DNA from: Clostridia bacterium
Lineage (GTDB): Bacteria; Bacillota; Clostridia; TANB77; CAG-465
Length of the DNA: 64,000 nucleotides
Assembly (NCBI GenBank): GCA_017549425.1
Contig: JAFYUV010000007.1
Location: forward strand, 33,342 to 97,341
Direction of reading: 5' to 3'
Part shown: positions 18,011 to 28,345 of the stretch, in pieces
How positions within the stretch are numbered: the stretch's first letter is position 1
Layout: each line of letters starts with the position of its first letter
Position numbers and translations under genes: made by a program
The notes under the pieces: generated by a model
Database searches by the model: none
What the model saw: only the letters and a program-made list of their open reading frames with translations
Told to the model about the DNA's origin: nothing

Positions 18011-19602
18011 TGGAAACAAATAAGAAAGCTATATCTTTGATTGTACTTACAATAACAATTATAGTTTTATCAATCCTTTCGACCGTTATAATATTATTGT
18101 TGAATGAAAGCAATGTAATAAGTAAGTCAAAAGAAGCAGTAAAAACGGCAAATTTAAACCAAATTAAAAACTTGGCTACTGTATTGTGGTCTGAAGCGTA
18201 TATGTCTGGAACAAGAACTCAAGCTGAATTAGAAAGAGCCGTACTTGAAGGCCTAAATAAACAAAAGAATATTGATTTGGGTGGTTATGTAATAAAAGTA
18301 ACTAAAGAAGGAGTAACAGTAGAAGAAGTAACACCAAATAATGGTATAGAGGATAAAGAGGAAACGGAAGAAAAAGAAGAAATTGAATACTATAGTTCAC
18401 TAGCTAGTGCAATTAACGATGTTAACAACGATAAAATAGGAGAAAAAGCGGATGCTAATGAAAATAATGCAGTTGTAGGAGTATTTGTTAATGAAAATAA
18501 ACCTTATATTATTTTGATTAAAGATACAACTGAAGCTGAACTAATCAGTTTTAATAAAGATATGGACGTTAACTTGAATGGTTATATACTTACTTTAACA
18601 GATGAAAATGGTATAGAAATTACGAATGGGAATATTAAGATAGATGGAAGTATAGAGGGTAGTACAATTAGAGGCGAAAATATTTTTAAAGCCACGGCAG
18701 GTCAATTAATTATAAATGGAGGAACCTATATAAGTAATTCGACATCTTATGTAGTTGCTTTCAATGTTTTAAGTAAAATGACTATATCTGATGCTGATGT
18801 TCAAACAACCTCTTCTGAAAGAACAGCTGTTGGAGTAAGAGTTCAAAATAGAGGTAATGTAACAATTTCGAATTGTAAAATAATATCAAATGGACAGACG
18901 TATTCTGTAGGAATTGAAGATTATGGGTATAATACTTCATTCTTTGTAGCGGAAAGTGACATAGAGTCTAATGCTGTAAATGGTACAGCTTATGGCGTTA
19001 GAAGTAAGTCAAACTTAGAAATGTCTAATTGCGCTGTAAAAGCAAGCGCTAATTATAGTGCTGATTATTCGCAAGTTAGTATTGGAATTAAATTAGAAAG
19101 CGGATTAGCCACACTTAATAATTGCCATGTAATGGGGACTCATTCTGGAGTTTCTACCAGCGGAGAATTAAAAGTTGATGGTGGTATTTACGAAGGTTAT
19201 GGACATGGCGGATTTTATTTTTCTGGGACTAATACAACTTCTTATGTAAAAAATGCAAATATTAGGCAGTGTGCAATGCCTAGTGGTTTCCAAGACCTTG
19301 GTGCAGCTTGTAATGGAGCGGCATTTTATATTGGTGGAAATACAGGAAAAGATAATATTAAAGTTTATATGGATAATTGTGAGATGTATGGCTCTGCTTA
19401 TCCAATAGTGCTTCGAGGAAGTTCTGGAGAAAAAAACAACACGCTTTATATAAGCAATTCTAATGTTAAAAGAAAAAACCTAGCAGTTAGAATAGATAAT
19501 GATACTCATAAATTATATATAGGTACAGGGTGTGATTTTACTGCTAATGATAGTAATAGACCTACTGCCGTTGTTCAGACAAATGAGGTTTATGTACAAT
19601 AA
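18011..19602 (+). CDS. membrane-anchored right-handed parallel beta-helix repeat protein
   Basis: N-terminal TM after METNKK. The C-terminal 300 aa are Gly/Asn/Ser/Thr-rich with a pectate-lyase-like pattern of about 22-aa repeats (NGxxxxV.....N...I.N). Confidence 0.45.
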
Positions 19603-19634
19603 AATTGAGTAATTTCTGCGTATTTTAGAAAGCT

Positions 19635-19665
19635 AAACCGATGTAAGTTTTACATCGGTTTTTAT
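19635..19665. terminator. bidirectional terminator between the convergent genes
   Basis: Hairpin AAACCGATGTAAGTTTTACATCGGTTT flanked by an A-run and a T-run. Confidence 0.6.
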
Positions 19666-19667
19666 TG

Positions 19668-21473
19668 TTATAACTCTATGTCTATGTCATATTCTTTAAG
19701 CCACATGTTTATTTGTATTAGGTAGGCTAGAGTCTGAGGATATGTCATAAGTTGACCAAACCAGTTTTCTTTTAAAGAGTCTCCTTTAGTTTCTAAAAGT
19801 TCATATAAATATTTTACATTAATTATTTCTAATATTGGTTCCGTTGAACTATTAATTATTCTTTTTATTTCATTTTCCACAAGCTCAAGGTAGACAGGGT
19901 CATATGTTTTGGGGAACGGAGACTTTTTCCTGTAGACTATACTATTAGGTAATTCATCTTCAAAAGCTTTTCTTAGCAAATATTTTTCTATAGGAATATT
20001 GTTTCCATTAACTAGACCTAATTTATATTTATATGGTAAGTTATATACATATTCAAATAATTTGTAATTTGCAAAGGGAACGCGTACAGTTAAATTACAA
20101 AGAGAAGACATTCTATCTGTTCTTTCTATTAATGTATTCATAAACCATTTTGTGGTGAGGTAACAAGTAGCCCTAAAAAGATTTTCTTTCGCATCTAAGC
20201 TATTGAAAACAACATTTGAAATTGTGTCATCATAAGCTTTTTTTATGTATTTTTTTAATTCATCACTAGACACTAGTTTGTTGTTTAAAATATTGCATCT
20301 TGTATCAAAAGAGCGGGACCAAGGAAAACTTGCCGAATTTATTAAATCTTCTTTGTAATACCAAGGATATCCTCCGAATATTTCGTCTGAGCATTCGCCT
20401 GAAATGCAAATAACTTCGTCGTTTTTTGCTATTTTATCACAAAAGACAAGCATAGAAGAATCAATGTCTGCCATTCCTGGCATATCTCTTGCTATCATTG
20501 AAGCTTTAAGTGTATCAAATAAATCTTTATTATTAAATGTTATATTTGTATGATTAACTTCAAGATTTTCAAGCATTATTTGCACATAATCACTATCCTT
20601 AGTTGGTTGGTAACTATTTGCACTAAAATCTTTGTCATTGTTTTCAAAATTTATAGAATATGTATTAAGTTTAGGAATTTCTTTATTAGCTAGCATAGTT
20701 AAAACACTTGAATCAAGTCCGCCAGATAACATTGAACAGACTTTTGTATCAGTAGGCAGTTGTGTTTTAAGAGATGCTGACACTATTTCTTTTATTTTAT
20801 TAATTGCTTGTTCTATAGAATCGGTATTTTTATTAGTTTCTAAATCCCAATATTTAACTAATATTAATTCATTATTATCTAAAACTCCATAGTGACCTGG
20901 TTTTATTTCGTAAATATTTTTGAAATATGTTTTCCCAGGAGTATGCGCAGGACCTAATCCAAATATTTCACATAATTCATCTTTCCCTATAATGGCGGCT
21001 ATATCTGAATGCTTAAGTAACGCTTTTATTTTAGAAGCGAAACAAAAAGAATTACCCGTGTTAGTATAATATAACGGTTTTAATCCTAATCGGTCTCTAG
21101 CCATAAACACATTATTTGTTCTTGAATCATAAATTACAAAACTATATGCGCCATCAAGATAATCAACACAATCATCTGCATACGTTAAATAGCAAGCTAA
21201 AACGGCTTCTGCATCAGAAGTAACGTTTAAGGGCGATTTAACTTCGCTTGTTTTAATAATAATTTCATCTTTATTATATAATTCTCCATTAAAGGCTATT
21301 GTATATGTGTAATTGTCATATTCTAAAGTTAGAATATCTCCAGCAACCGTAAAATTCGAGCGTTTAAAAATATTAGAATCATTAAAAGTTGGATTTAATG
21401 CAATATACATGTTTTTTATATTAGTTTCATCAATTTCTTTATCTTTTGTTAAATAACCACAAAAATTGTCCAT
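19668..21473 (-). CDS. asparagine synthase (glutamine-hydrolysing) family protein with a non-canonical N-terminus
   Basis: Glutaminase-domain motifs NGELYN and RDRLGLKPLYY, and the synthetase-domain PP-loop SGGLDSS. The first in-frame ATG gives MDNFCGY, so the Cys is residue 5. An upstream TTG would add 4 more residues. Confidence 0.8.
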   Translation of the reverse strand: MDNFCGYLTKDKEIDETNIKNMYIALNPTFNDSNIFKRSNFTVAGDILTLEYDNYTYTIAFNGELYNKDEIIIKTSEVKSPLNVTSDAEAVLACYLTYADDCVDYLDGAYSFVIYDSRTNNVFMARDRLGLKPLYYTNTGNSFCFASKIKALLKHSDIAAIIGKDELCEIFGLGPAHTPGKTYFKNIYEIKPGHYGVLDNNELILVKYWDLETNKNTDSIEQAINKIKEIVSASLKTQLPTDTKVCSMLSGGLDSSVLTMLANKEIPKLNTYSINFENNDKDFSANSYQPTKDSDYVQIMLENLEVNHTNITFNNKDLFDTLKASMIARDMPGMADIDSSMLVFCDKIAKNDEVICISGECSDEIFGGYPWYYKEDLINSASFPWSRSFDTRCNILNNKLVSSDELKKYIKKAYDDTISNVVFNSLDAKENLFRATCYLTTKWFMNTLIERTDRMSSLCNLTVRVPFANYKLFEYVYNLPYKYKLGLVNGNNIPIEKYLLRKAFEDELPNSIVYRKKSPFPKTYDPVYLELVENEIKRIINSSTEPILEIINVKYLYELLETKGDSLKENWFGQLMTYPQTLAYLIQINMWLKEYDIDIEL

Positions 21474-21620
21474 TATAACCTCCAAAACATATTAAATATT
21501 TATTAAATAATTTAAAAAATATGAGTTGAAATTTAATAAAACTTTAAGAGTTTTTTCTACAAAATTATATACAATTTTACATTCTTTTGATATAATCTTT
21601 GCATGAAGAGGAATGTACAT

Positions 21621-24600
21621 ATGAAAATAAGAAAAATGTTTTGGCTCACTTTGTTTTTTATGTTTATAACGGTGAGCTTTGTTAATATATATGGTGCGGC
21701 AGAATTTAAAGAAGGCATAGAGAATTTTCCTGTAAGTTATAGGCCATATTTGTATGCGCTACAAGAGAAACATCCAAAGTGGAAATTTACTGCAATGTAT
21801 ACGGGGTTAGATTGGGAAGCGTCAGTAAAAAAAGAAAGTGTATTATCTAATAGAATGTCAGTAAGTTTGGCGCCGGCTTCTTGGGATAGAGCGTGGCACT
21901 ATATTTTGTCTAATGGTTCAACAAATAGAGTTGAACAAGGGTGGGTTACAGCTTCTGCAAACGCTGTAAGATATACGCTAGATCCTAGGAATTTTTTGAA
22001 TGAAAAAACTATATTTCAGTTTGAAGAATTAACATATAACGAAAATATACATACTTTAACTGGTGTTGAACAAATATTATATGGGACTGAAATGTCTAAA
22101 ACTGTTAAGGATGAAGAGACAGGAAAAAACAAATATGTTATAAAAGAAATAGAGTACTACCAAAGAGTTAGCGGAAACGGGAAATTAAAAACTGTTTATG
22201 CAGTAAATTTAAGAAAATCAGCATCTTCTTCTGGTGAGTTTATAAAAACACTTGCACAAGGAACTGTGGTTACTACTCTTGAATTAAATAGTGCAACGGA
22301 TATTACAGGAACATGGTCAAAAGTAAAATTAGATGACGGAACTGAAGGGTATATTTGCAGAGTTGCTGCAGATGGAGAAGAATATCTTGTGGCAGCAGGA
22401 GAAGTAACAACTCAATATGTAAAGTATTTATATGATAAAGATGGTGATGGGAAAGCGGAAGAAACAATGACTTATGCAGAAGCATATATGTTAGCGGCTA
22501 GAGAGACAGGAGTTAGCCCTTATGCACTTGCTTTAAGGACAAAAAATGAAACTGGTTGTCAAATTTCATCAAATGGTCAAATAGCAGGAAAACATTCAAA
22601 GTACCCAGGATATTACAATTATTATAGTATAGGAGCTTATGGAGCTAACCCAATGGAAAATGGAGTTATATATGCAGCAGGTAAAAATTGGGATAATCCG
22701 GTTAAGGCAATAGTTGAAGGAGCAAAGTTTTGGGGTAAAGAATATATATTAGCTCATCAAAATACGCCATATTTGCAAAAATATAATGTAAATACAGCTA
22801 CATCAAACGGATTATATTCTCATCAATATATGACAGATATAACATGCATATATCGAGAAGCTTTAGGAATGTATAACACATATGATAGTCTTGGTATATT
22901 AAATAACGATTTTACATTTATAATACCTGTATACAACAATATGCCAGATATATCTGAGGATATTTATTTAAGGTATGATGGATATTTTCAAGCAGAAACA
23001 GATGATATAACTACTAACAAAGAGACAGCTATTTATTCTTTGGTCCCAAATGTTGCTAGTGGAGTACATAAAGTAGAAATGGTAACGGTTCCAGCAGGCA
23101 CACAACTTACGAAAGTTGCTAGTGGATTGGCCTCATCTTATGATAAAGTAAAATATGAAGTTGATGGTTCATTTATATATGGCTATATATTTTATACAAG
23201 CTATAACGTATCAGCAGTGGCAGACAGTACTAGGCTCAAAGTTGTGGCTTCACCTTGGGTAAGATTAAGAACAGAACCTAATACAACTTCTTCACAAGTA
23301 TGTCTATTATATACAGGAGATATAGTTAAAAGAATAGAAAAAAATAGTGCAATGAACAGTACAGGAACATGGGATAAGGTTGTAACTTCAGATGGAAAAG
23401 TAGGGTATGTTTGTAGAATATATCAAGACGGAGCAGATATATATTTGAAAGAAGAAAGTTATACTAAGGTTACAGGAGTTAATTTAGAAAAAGAAAAATA
23501 TGAAGTGGTGGCTAACGAAAAAATAGCACTTGTATCTAAAGTATTACCAGATAATGCTAAGTATAAAGATGTAGTATATAAGAGTAGTGATGAAAAAATA
23601 GCTACAGTGGATAAAAATGGTGTGGTTACTGGATTAAAAGCAGGAACGGTAATAATCACTGTAACAACAGACGACCAAATAAAAACAGCAACTTGTGAAA
23701 TTACTGTACAGTCAGGGATTTATACAGATAAAGAACAATATCTAATTGAGTTTGAAAAAGAAATTACACCAGAAATAAAAGTAGTTGGTTTGGAGAATAG
23801 TGATTTCACGATAGAAATAGAAGACGAAAGTGTTATTTCTCTAAAAGAAGGAAAATTTGTTGGAATAAAAGTTGGAACAACTTCTGTTACAATTAAGTCT
23901 GTAAGTGATTCAAATATCTCTAAAACAATAAAGGCTCAAGTCTTACCAAGTATAAGTATAGATAAAGAAGAATATACAGCATATGTTGGAGAAGAAATTG
24001 TTCCGATAGTTACAATAAAAGGTGTAGAAAATTCTAAGTATATTATTACTACTTCAGACGAATCTATTGCAAAAGTAGTTGAAAATAAAATTGAAACAGT
24101 AAAAGTAGGAACTACTAATATAACAGTAAAATTAGAGACAAACGAATTAGTTAGCGTTGAAGCAAAAGTGGTTGTAAACTATGTTCCTGGAACAGAACCA
24201 AAAGAAGAAAAATTAGAAGTTAAATTAAATGAAGGTTTAAAAATTAAAGATAATGTTTTAACTGGTGTTGGAATTAAAATTTCGGCAGATAAGATAAAGA
24301 CAATGATAACAACAAATGGAAGAATTACTATAACGGATATTAACAACAAAGAATTAACAACTGAAAACGTGGGAACTGATTCTAAAATAGTTATTAAAAA
24401 AGGTGAGGAAACAGTCACTTATACCGTTATGATTAGAGGCGATGTAACTGGAGATGGTCAAATAAATTCAGCAGACCTTTTAAAAGTTGTAAAATATCTA
24501 AAAGGGGACTCGATTCTTAATTCGGGTGCGGCGGATACAACGGCTGATGGCAATGTAAATTCAGCAGACCTTTTAAGAACTGTAAAATACTTAAAAGGCG

Positions 24601-24623
24601 ATGCAAATATAGATTTTAATTAG
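21621..24623 (+). CDS. secreted multidomain peptidoglycan hydrolase: 2 SH3b, a GH73-like glucosaminidase domain, Big_2 Ig-like repeats and a C-terminal type-I dockerin
   Basis: Signal peptide MKIRKMFWLTLFFMFITVSFVNIYGA. SH3b blocks (YAVNLRKSASSSGEF..., WVRLRTEPNTTSSQV...). The hydrolase core is TKNETGCQ...NYYSIGAYG...FWGKEY. Big_2 repeats (VTGLKAGTVIITV). The two dockerin segments are GDVTGDGQINSADLLKVVKYLKG and ADTTADGNVNSADLLRTVKYLKG. Confidence 0.65.
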   Translation: MKIRKMFWLTLFFMFITVSFVNIYGAAEFKEGIENFPVSYRPYLYALQEKHPKWKFTAMYTGLDWEASVKKESVLSNRMSVSLAPASWDRAWHYILSNGSTNRVEQGWVTASANAVRYTLDPRNFLNEKTIFQFEELTYNENIHTLTGVEQILYGTEMSKTVKDEETGKNKYVIKEIEYYQRVSGNGKLKTVYAVNLRKSASSSGEFIKTLAQGTVVTTLELNSATDITGTWSKVKLDDGTEGYICRVAADGEEYLVAAGEVTTQYVKYLYDKDGDGKAEETMTYAEAYMLAARETGVSPYALALRTKNETGCQISSNGQIAGKHSKYPGYYNYYSIGAYGANPMENGVIYAAGKNWDNPVKAIVEGAKFWGKEYILAHQNTPYLQKYNVNTATSNGLYSHQYMTDITCIYREALGMYNTYDSLGILNNDFTFIIPVYNNMPDISEDIYLRYDGYFQAETDDITTNKETAIYSLVPNVASGVHKVEMVTVPAGTQLTKVASGLASSYDKVKYEVDGSFIYGYIFYTSYNVSAVADSTRLKVVASPWVRLRTEPNTTSSQVCLLYTGDIVKRIEKNSAMNSTGTWDKVVTSDGKVGYVCRIYQDGADIYLKEESYTKVTGVNLEKEKYEVVANEKIALVSKVLPDNAKYKDVVYKSSDEKIATVDKNGVVTGLKAGTVIITVTTDDQIKTATCEITVQSGIYTDKEQYLIEFEKEITPEIKVVGLENSDFTIEIEDESVISLKEGKFVGIKVGTTSVTIKSVSDSNISKTIKAQVLPSISIDKEEYTAYVGEEIVPIVTIKGVENSKYIITTSDESIAKVVENKIETVKVGTTNITVKLETNELVSVEAKVVVNYVPGTEPKEEKLEVKLNEGLKIKDNVLTGVGIKISADKIKTMITTNGRITITDINNKELTTENVGTDSKIVIKKGEETVTYTVMIRGDVTGDGQINSADLLKVVKYLKGDSILNSGAADTTADGNVNSADLLRTVKYLKGDANIDFN

Positions 24624-24632
24624 AGGTGAGAT

Positions 24633-25922
24633 ATGAAAAAAACATTAAAATTATTATTTTCTATAATAACATTCATATTATGTATAAGTTTTGTAAATAT
24701 AACGTATGCGGCTAGTGCAAGTATTAAAGCAAGCAGTCAAAGTGTTACGGTTGGAGATAGCGTTACAATAACTGTAACTATTAATGCTGCTGCATGGAAT
24801 ATAAATACTAGCGGAAATATTACAGTAGAAGGAATTATTGGTGCCAATATGGATGCAGTAAATCAAACAACTACTAAAACGTATAAACTAGATACGAGCA
24901 AAGCTGGAACTTATACAGCAAGTATAAGCGGAGATATTACAGATGCCGATGATACATTTTCTCTAGTAAGTCAAAGCGTTTCTGTAACAGTAAAGGAAAA
25001 ATCAGCAACGCCTAATAATGGTTCAGGCTCAAATTCTGGAACTGGTTCAAGCTCAAGCTCTAGCAAACCAACCACTGCTGTAACCAAGTCTTCTGATGCG
25101 ACTTTGAAAACTTTGAAGGTAGATCACGAAGGGTTAACACCTTCTTTTAACAAAAACACATTTATGTACACATTGTCTGTTGGAAGCGATGTTAATAGTA
25201 TTAAGGTTACAGCTTCTCCAAATCATAGTAAAGCAACTTATTCTGTTTCTGGAAATACTAATTTTGAGAATGGAGATAATACTGTAACTATAACAGTAAA
25301 AGCTGAAAACGGAACAACCAAAACATATAAAATTATTGTTACAAAAGCAGAAAATCCTGAAAAAGCAAATGCATATCTTACAAATATAATAGTAGATGGA
25401 GTCGCTATTTCAGAAGAATTTGCTAGAGATAAATTTGAATATACCTTATCTGAGGTTGATTGGAATGTAGAGAAGCTTAATATTTCTGTTTTCCCAGAAA
25501 ATCAAAAGGCTACTTTTGAGATAGAAGGTGCAGAAGATTTAAAAGTAGGAGAAAATCAAATAAAGATAACTGTTACGGCAGAAGATAAGAAAACAATTAA
25601 AGAATATTTCCTAAATGTTGTAAAGAAAGAAGAACCAGCAGTAGAAGTTATTGGACCTGTCGTTGAGGACAATAATTATACAGAAGTAAAAACTAATGGA
25701 ATGATAGATACAGTAAAATCTAATATAGAATATCAATTATTAATTCTTATATATATACTGGCTGTCGTAGAATTTATCGAGATTTTATATTTATTTTTCC
25801 AACTTAGAGAAAAGAAAGAAGATTCATTCAAGATTAAATCTTCAAGAATAAAAAGAGGGAAAGGCAAATATAAGAGTGAAAAAGAAGAAGAAAGTTCTTC
25901 GGATTATGAAAATATTGAATAG
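24633..25922 (+). CDS. cell-surface protein: signal peptide, an N-terminal beta-rich domain, 2 cadherin-like beta-sandwich domains, a C-terminal TM anchor and a charged tail
   Basis: Starts 10 bp after the dockerin protein. Two copies of the pattern ..L..L.V....L.P.F....F.YT..V......I.V.A......A......N.T.TV.AE.G....Y. A Ser/Gly linker. TM helix LLILIYILAVVEFIEILYLFF, then a KR/E-rich tail. Confidence 0.55.
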   Translation: MKKTLKLLFSIITFILCISFVNITYAASASIKASSQSVTVGDSVTITVTINAAAWNINTSGNITVEGIIGANMDAVNQTTTKTYKLDTSKAGTYTASISGDITDADDTFSLVSQSVSVTVKEKSATPNNGSGSNSGTGSSSSSSKPTTAVTKSSDATLKTLKVDHEGLTPSFNKNTFMYTLSVGSDVNSIKVTASPNHSKATYSVSGNTNFENGDNTVTITVKAENGTTKTYKIIVTKAENPEKANAYLTNIIVDGVAISEEFARDKFEYTLSEVDWNVEKLNISVFPENQKATFEIEGAEDLKVGENQIKITVTAEDKKTIKEYFLNVVKKEEPAVEVIGPVVEDNNYTEVKTNGMIDTVKSNIEYQLLILIYILAVVEFIEILYLFFQLREKKEDSFKIKSSRIKRGKGKYKSEKEEESSSDYENIE

Positions 25923-25951
25923 ATTAAAGCGAAAGTAGGCAAAGAATTTCT

Positions 25952-26599
25952 TTACCTACTTTTGTAATATCTACAGTATGAATTAATTACGCAATCAGAA
26001 CATTTTGGAGTTCTGGCGGTGCATATGGTTTTTCCGTGAGTAACTAATGTGTGATTTATTTTCCCCCACAAATCTTTAGGTATTTTTTTCATCAAATCTT
26101 TTTCGATAATCAAAACATCAGCGCTATTTGTAAATCCAATTTTTTTAGAAAGTCTTGTAACATGAGTGTCTACGGCAATGCCTTCTATTTTATTAAAACA
26201 TTCCGCTAGAATAATATTTGCACTTTTTCTTCCTATTCCTGGGATGGTTGTAAGTTCTTGCATGGTATCTGGAACCTGTCCATTAAATTTTGTAATTAAA
26301 ATTTCCGATGCAGATACAATATGTTTAGCTTTATTATTTGGAAAACTACAAGATTTAATTATGTTATATACATTGCTTATTCCAGCTTCTAGAATATTTT
26401 CAGGAGTTGGATATTTATTAGTAAGAATAGGTCTAATGTGGTTTACGCGGATATCTGTACATTGAGCAGCAAGTATTAGAGAGAGCATAAGTTCAAAAGG
26501 AGTTGTGTACTCTAACCCACATTGAGGAGCAGGGTATTCGTGTTGTAAGGTTTCTAATATGTCTCTTATCTCATTTTTGGTTAGTAGTTTTTTTGACAT
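25952..26599 (-). CDS. nth: endonuclease III
   Basis: HhH-GPD fold with the catalytic Lys context; the 4Fe-4S motif CTARTPKCSDCVINSYC. Confidence 0.9.
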   Translation of the reverse strand: MSKKLLTKNEIRDILETLQHEYPAPQCGLEYTTPFELMLSLILAAQCTDIRVNHIRPILTNKYPTPENILEAGISNVYNIIKSCSFPNNKAKHIVSASEILITKFNGQVPDTMQELTTIPGIGRKSANIILAECFNKIEGIAVDTHVTRLSKKIGFTNSADVLIIEKDLMKKIPKDLWGKINHTLVTHGKTICTARTPKCSDCVINSYCRYYKSR

Positions 26600-26667
26600 T
26601 AATATACCTCCTTAGAGTAACAAAATTATCTAAAAAACATAATATATATTAAGTTTTTCACAATATA

Positions 26668-26862
26668 TTGTACATTAAAACTTGTTTAAAGTCTAGGGGG
26701 AAGAAATTATGTTTATACGGAGCGTTTAGGAAAACCATAGGATTATTTTTAATTGCTTTTGGTGTAGGAGCTATTGTAGCATTGTTTTTGCCTCTTTGGC
26801 TTTGGGTTGTAGTTGTAGCTGGAATCATGTTGGTTTTCGGATTTATATGGTTATTCTGTTAG
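26668..26862 (+). CDS. possible small hydrophobic membrane peptide (start uncertain)
   Basis: The ORF encodes one long TM stretch. The best RBS, AGGGGGAAG, serves an out-of-frame 6-codon ORF, so this call is weak. Confidence 0.2.
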   Translation: MYIKTCLKSRGKKLCLYGAFRKTIGLFLIAFGVGAIVALFLPLWLWVVVVAGIMLVFGFIWLFC

Positions 26863-26951
26863 GGGGTATTTTATGAAAATTGTAGTATTAAAACCGAAAG
26901 GATTTATTAGATTCATGTTAAAGACAATTTTTAAAGTTTAAATACATAGTT

Positions 26952-26980
26952 AGCAAATCTATTTATAGATTTGCTTTTTG
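26952..26980 (+). terminator. rho-independent terminator
   Basis: Hairpin AGCAAATCTATTTATAGATTTGCT followed by TTTTG. Confidence 0.5.
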
Positions 26981-27027
26981 CTTGTAAATTAATATTATAT
27001 ATGCTAATATACTTTTGAGGTATTAAA

Positions 27028-27558
27028 ATGAAAAACTATTATGAAATATTAGAGGTAGATAGACAAGCTAGTTTAAAAGTTATAAAAGGAGTATATAAAA
27101 TACACATAAAAAACAAACATCCAGATCTATATGAAGGAGAAGAGAAGCTTAAAGCTGAAGAAGAAATAAAAGTTTTAAATGAGGCTTATGAAATTTTATC
27201 TAACGAAGAAAAAAGGAAAGAATATGATAAGCAATTAGCAGAAACAGCAAGTTTAGATGAAGAACTACTTGAGGAAACTTTAAAAGAGAATGAATATTTA
27301 AAGAAAAGATTACAAGAATATGAAGGGTCAGAATTTAATAAATTAAACCAAGAAGTTGACTCGTTTGAACCACATGTTGCAACAACTGAGGAGAATAACG
27401 CTAAATATTTACTAAAATTAATGTACAAAGAAAGAATTGCAAGAATAATAATTACAGCGGTATTAATATTTGCTGCAATAGTTGGAATATATAAAGCGAC
27501 TCATATAAATATAATAGAAAAGTTTTTTGAAACATTAGCAACGTTTTTAAAGGGTTAA
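27028..27558 (+). CDS. J-domain (DnaJ-like) protein with a C-terminal membrane anchor
   Basis: N-terminal J domain YYEILEV....HPD..., a coiled middle and a C-terminal TM helix IIITAVLIFAAIVGIY. Confidence 0.65.
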   Translation: MKNYYEILEVDRQASLKVIKGVYKIHIKNKHPDLYEGEEKLKAEEEIKVLNEAYEILSNEEKRKEYDKQLAETASLDEELLEETLKENEYLKKRLQEYEGSEFNKLNQEVDSFEPHVATTEENNAKYLLKLMYKERIARIIITAVLIFAAIVGIYKATHINIIEKFFETLATFLKG

Positions 27559-27649
27559 AGAATACATAAATATTGAAAAAGTATAGAAAATAGTGTATAA
27601 TTCTCTTGATTAATTTTTAATGAAAAAATAATTATTTTGGAGGATTAAT

Positions 27650-28318
27650 ATGGAAAAGAATATTTGGCGGATTGTATTTGATTATGACGGTACTTTAATT
27701 TCGCATAGCCACGATAAAGAGGCTAAAATAATTGCTGATTACTTGAATATAGAAAACACCAAAGAATTTCAGTTCGAGTTGCATAGCTTTTATGATTGGA
27801 TGAATTACTATTTTAAAAATAAAATAGTTACTTCCGAACTGTATAAAGAACTAATTTGTACCACGCTCCCTATACTTAAATCAAAAAATATATCTATAGA
27901 TAAGTTTTTAGAAGCACAAGCATATAAAGATAATTATCATGTGGAGTTGGCAACAGGAGCCTGTGAAATATTAGAATATCTGAAAAGTAAAGGTTATTAT
28001 CTATGTATATTTACTAATGGCTTTTATGAAGGACAAACTCAAAGCATGAAACACAGAGGAATATTAGATTATTTCGATAAAGTTTATGGTTGGGATAATT
28101 TCTATCCAAAACCTGATGGAAGAGCTTTCAGAAGAGTTTTAGACGGAACTAATCCTCATGAAAATGCAATGATAGGAGATAATGTGCTTGCAGATATTGT
28201 TCCTGCCAAAAGAATAGGCATGACTACATTTGCTTTGAATTTTGAAGCATGGCAAAAGAAATATGTTATTCCTGATGTGGCTTTAGAAAGTTTGCTAGAT
28301 TTAAAATATTATTTATGA
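27650..28318 (+). CDS. HAD-superfamily hydrolase
   Basis: Motif I FDYDGTL; motif III/IV GDNVLADI. Confidence 0.65.
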   Translation: MEKNIWRIVFDYDGTLISHSHDKEAKIIADYLNIENTKEFQFELHSFYDWMNYYFKNKIVTSELYKELICTTLPILKSKNISIDKFLEAQAYKDNYHVELATGACEILEYLKSKGYYLCIFTNGFYEGQTQSMKHRGILDYFDKVYGWDNFYPKPDGRAFRRVLDGTNPHENAMIGDNVLADIVPAKRIGMTTFALNFEAWQKKYVIPDVALESLLDLKYYL

Positions 28319-28345
28319 ATATTTAAATATACAAGGAGCTTAACT

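Noticed and set aside
26166-26465. 99-aa plus-strand ORF inside nth
   Set aside because: It is antisense to the well-conserved endonuclease III.
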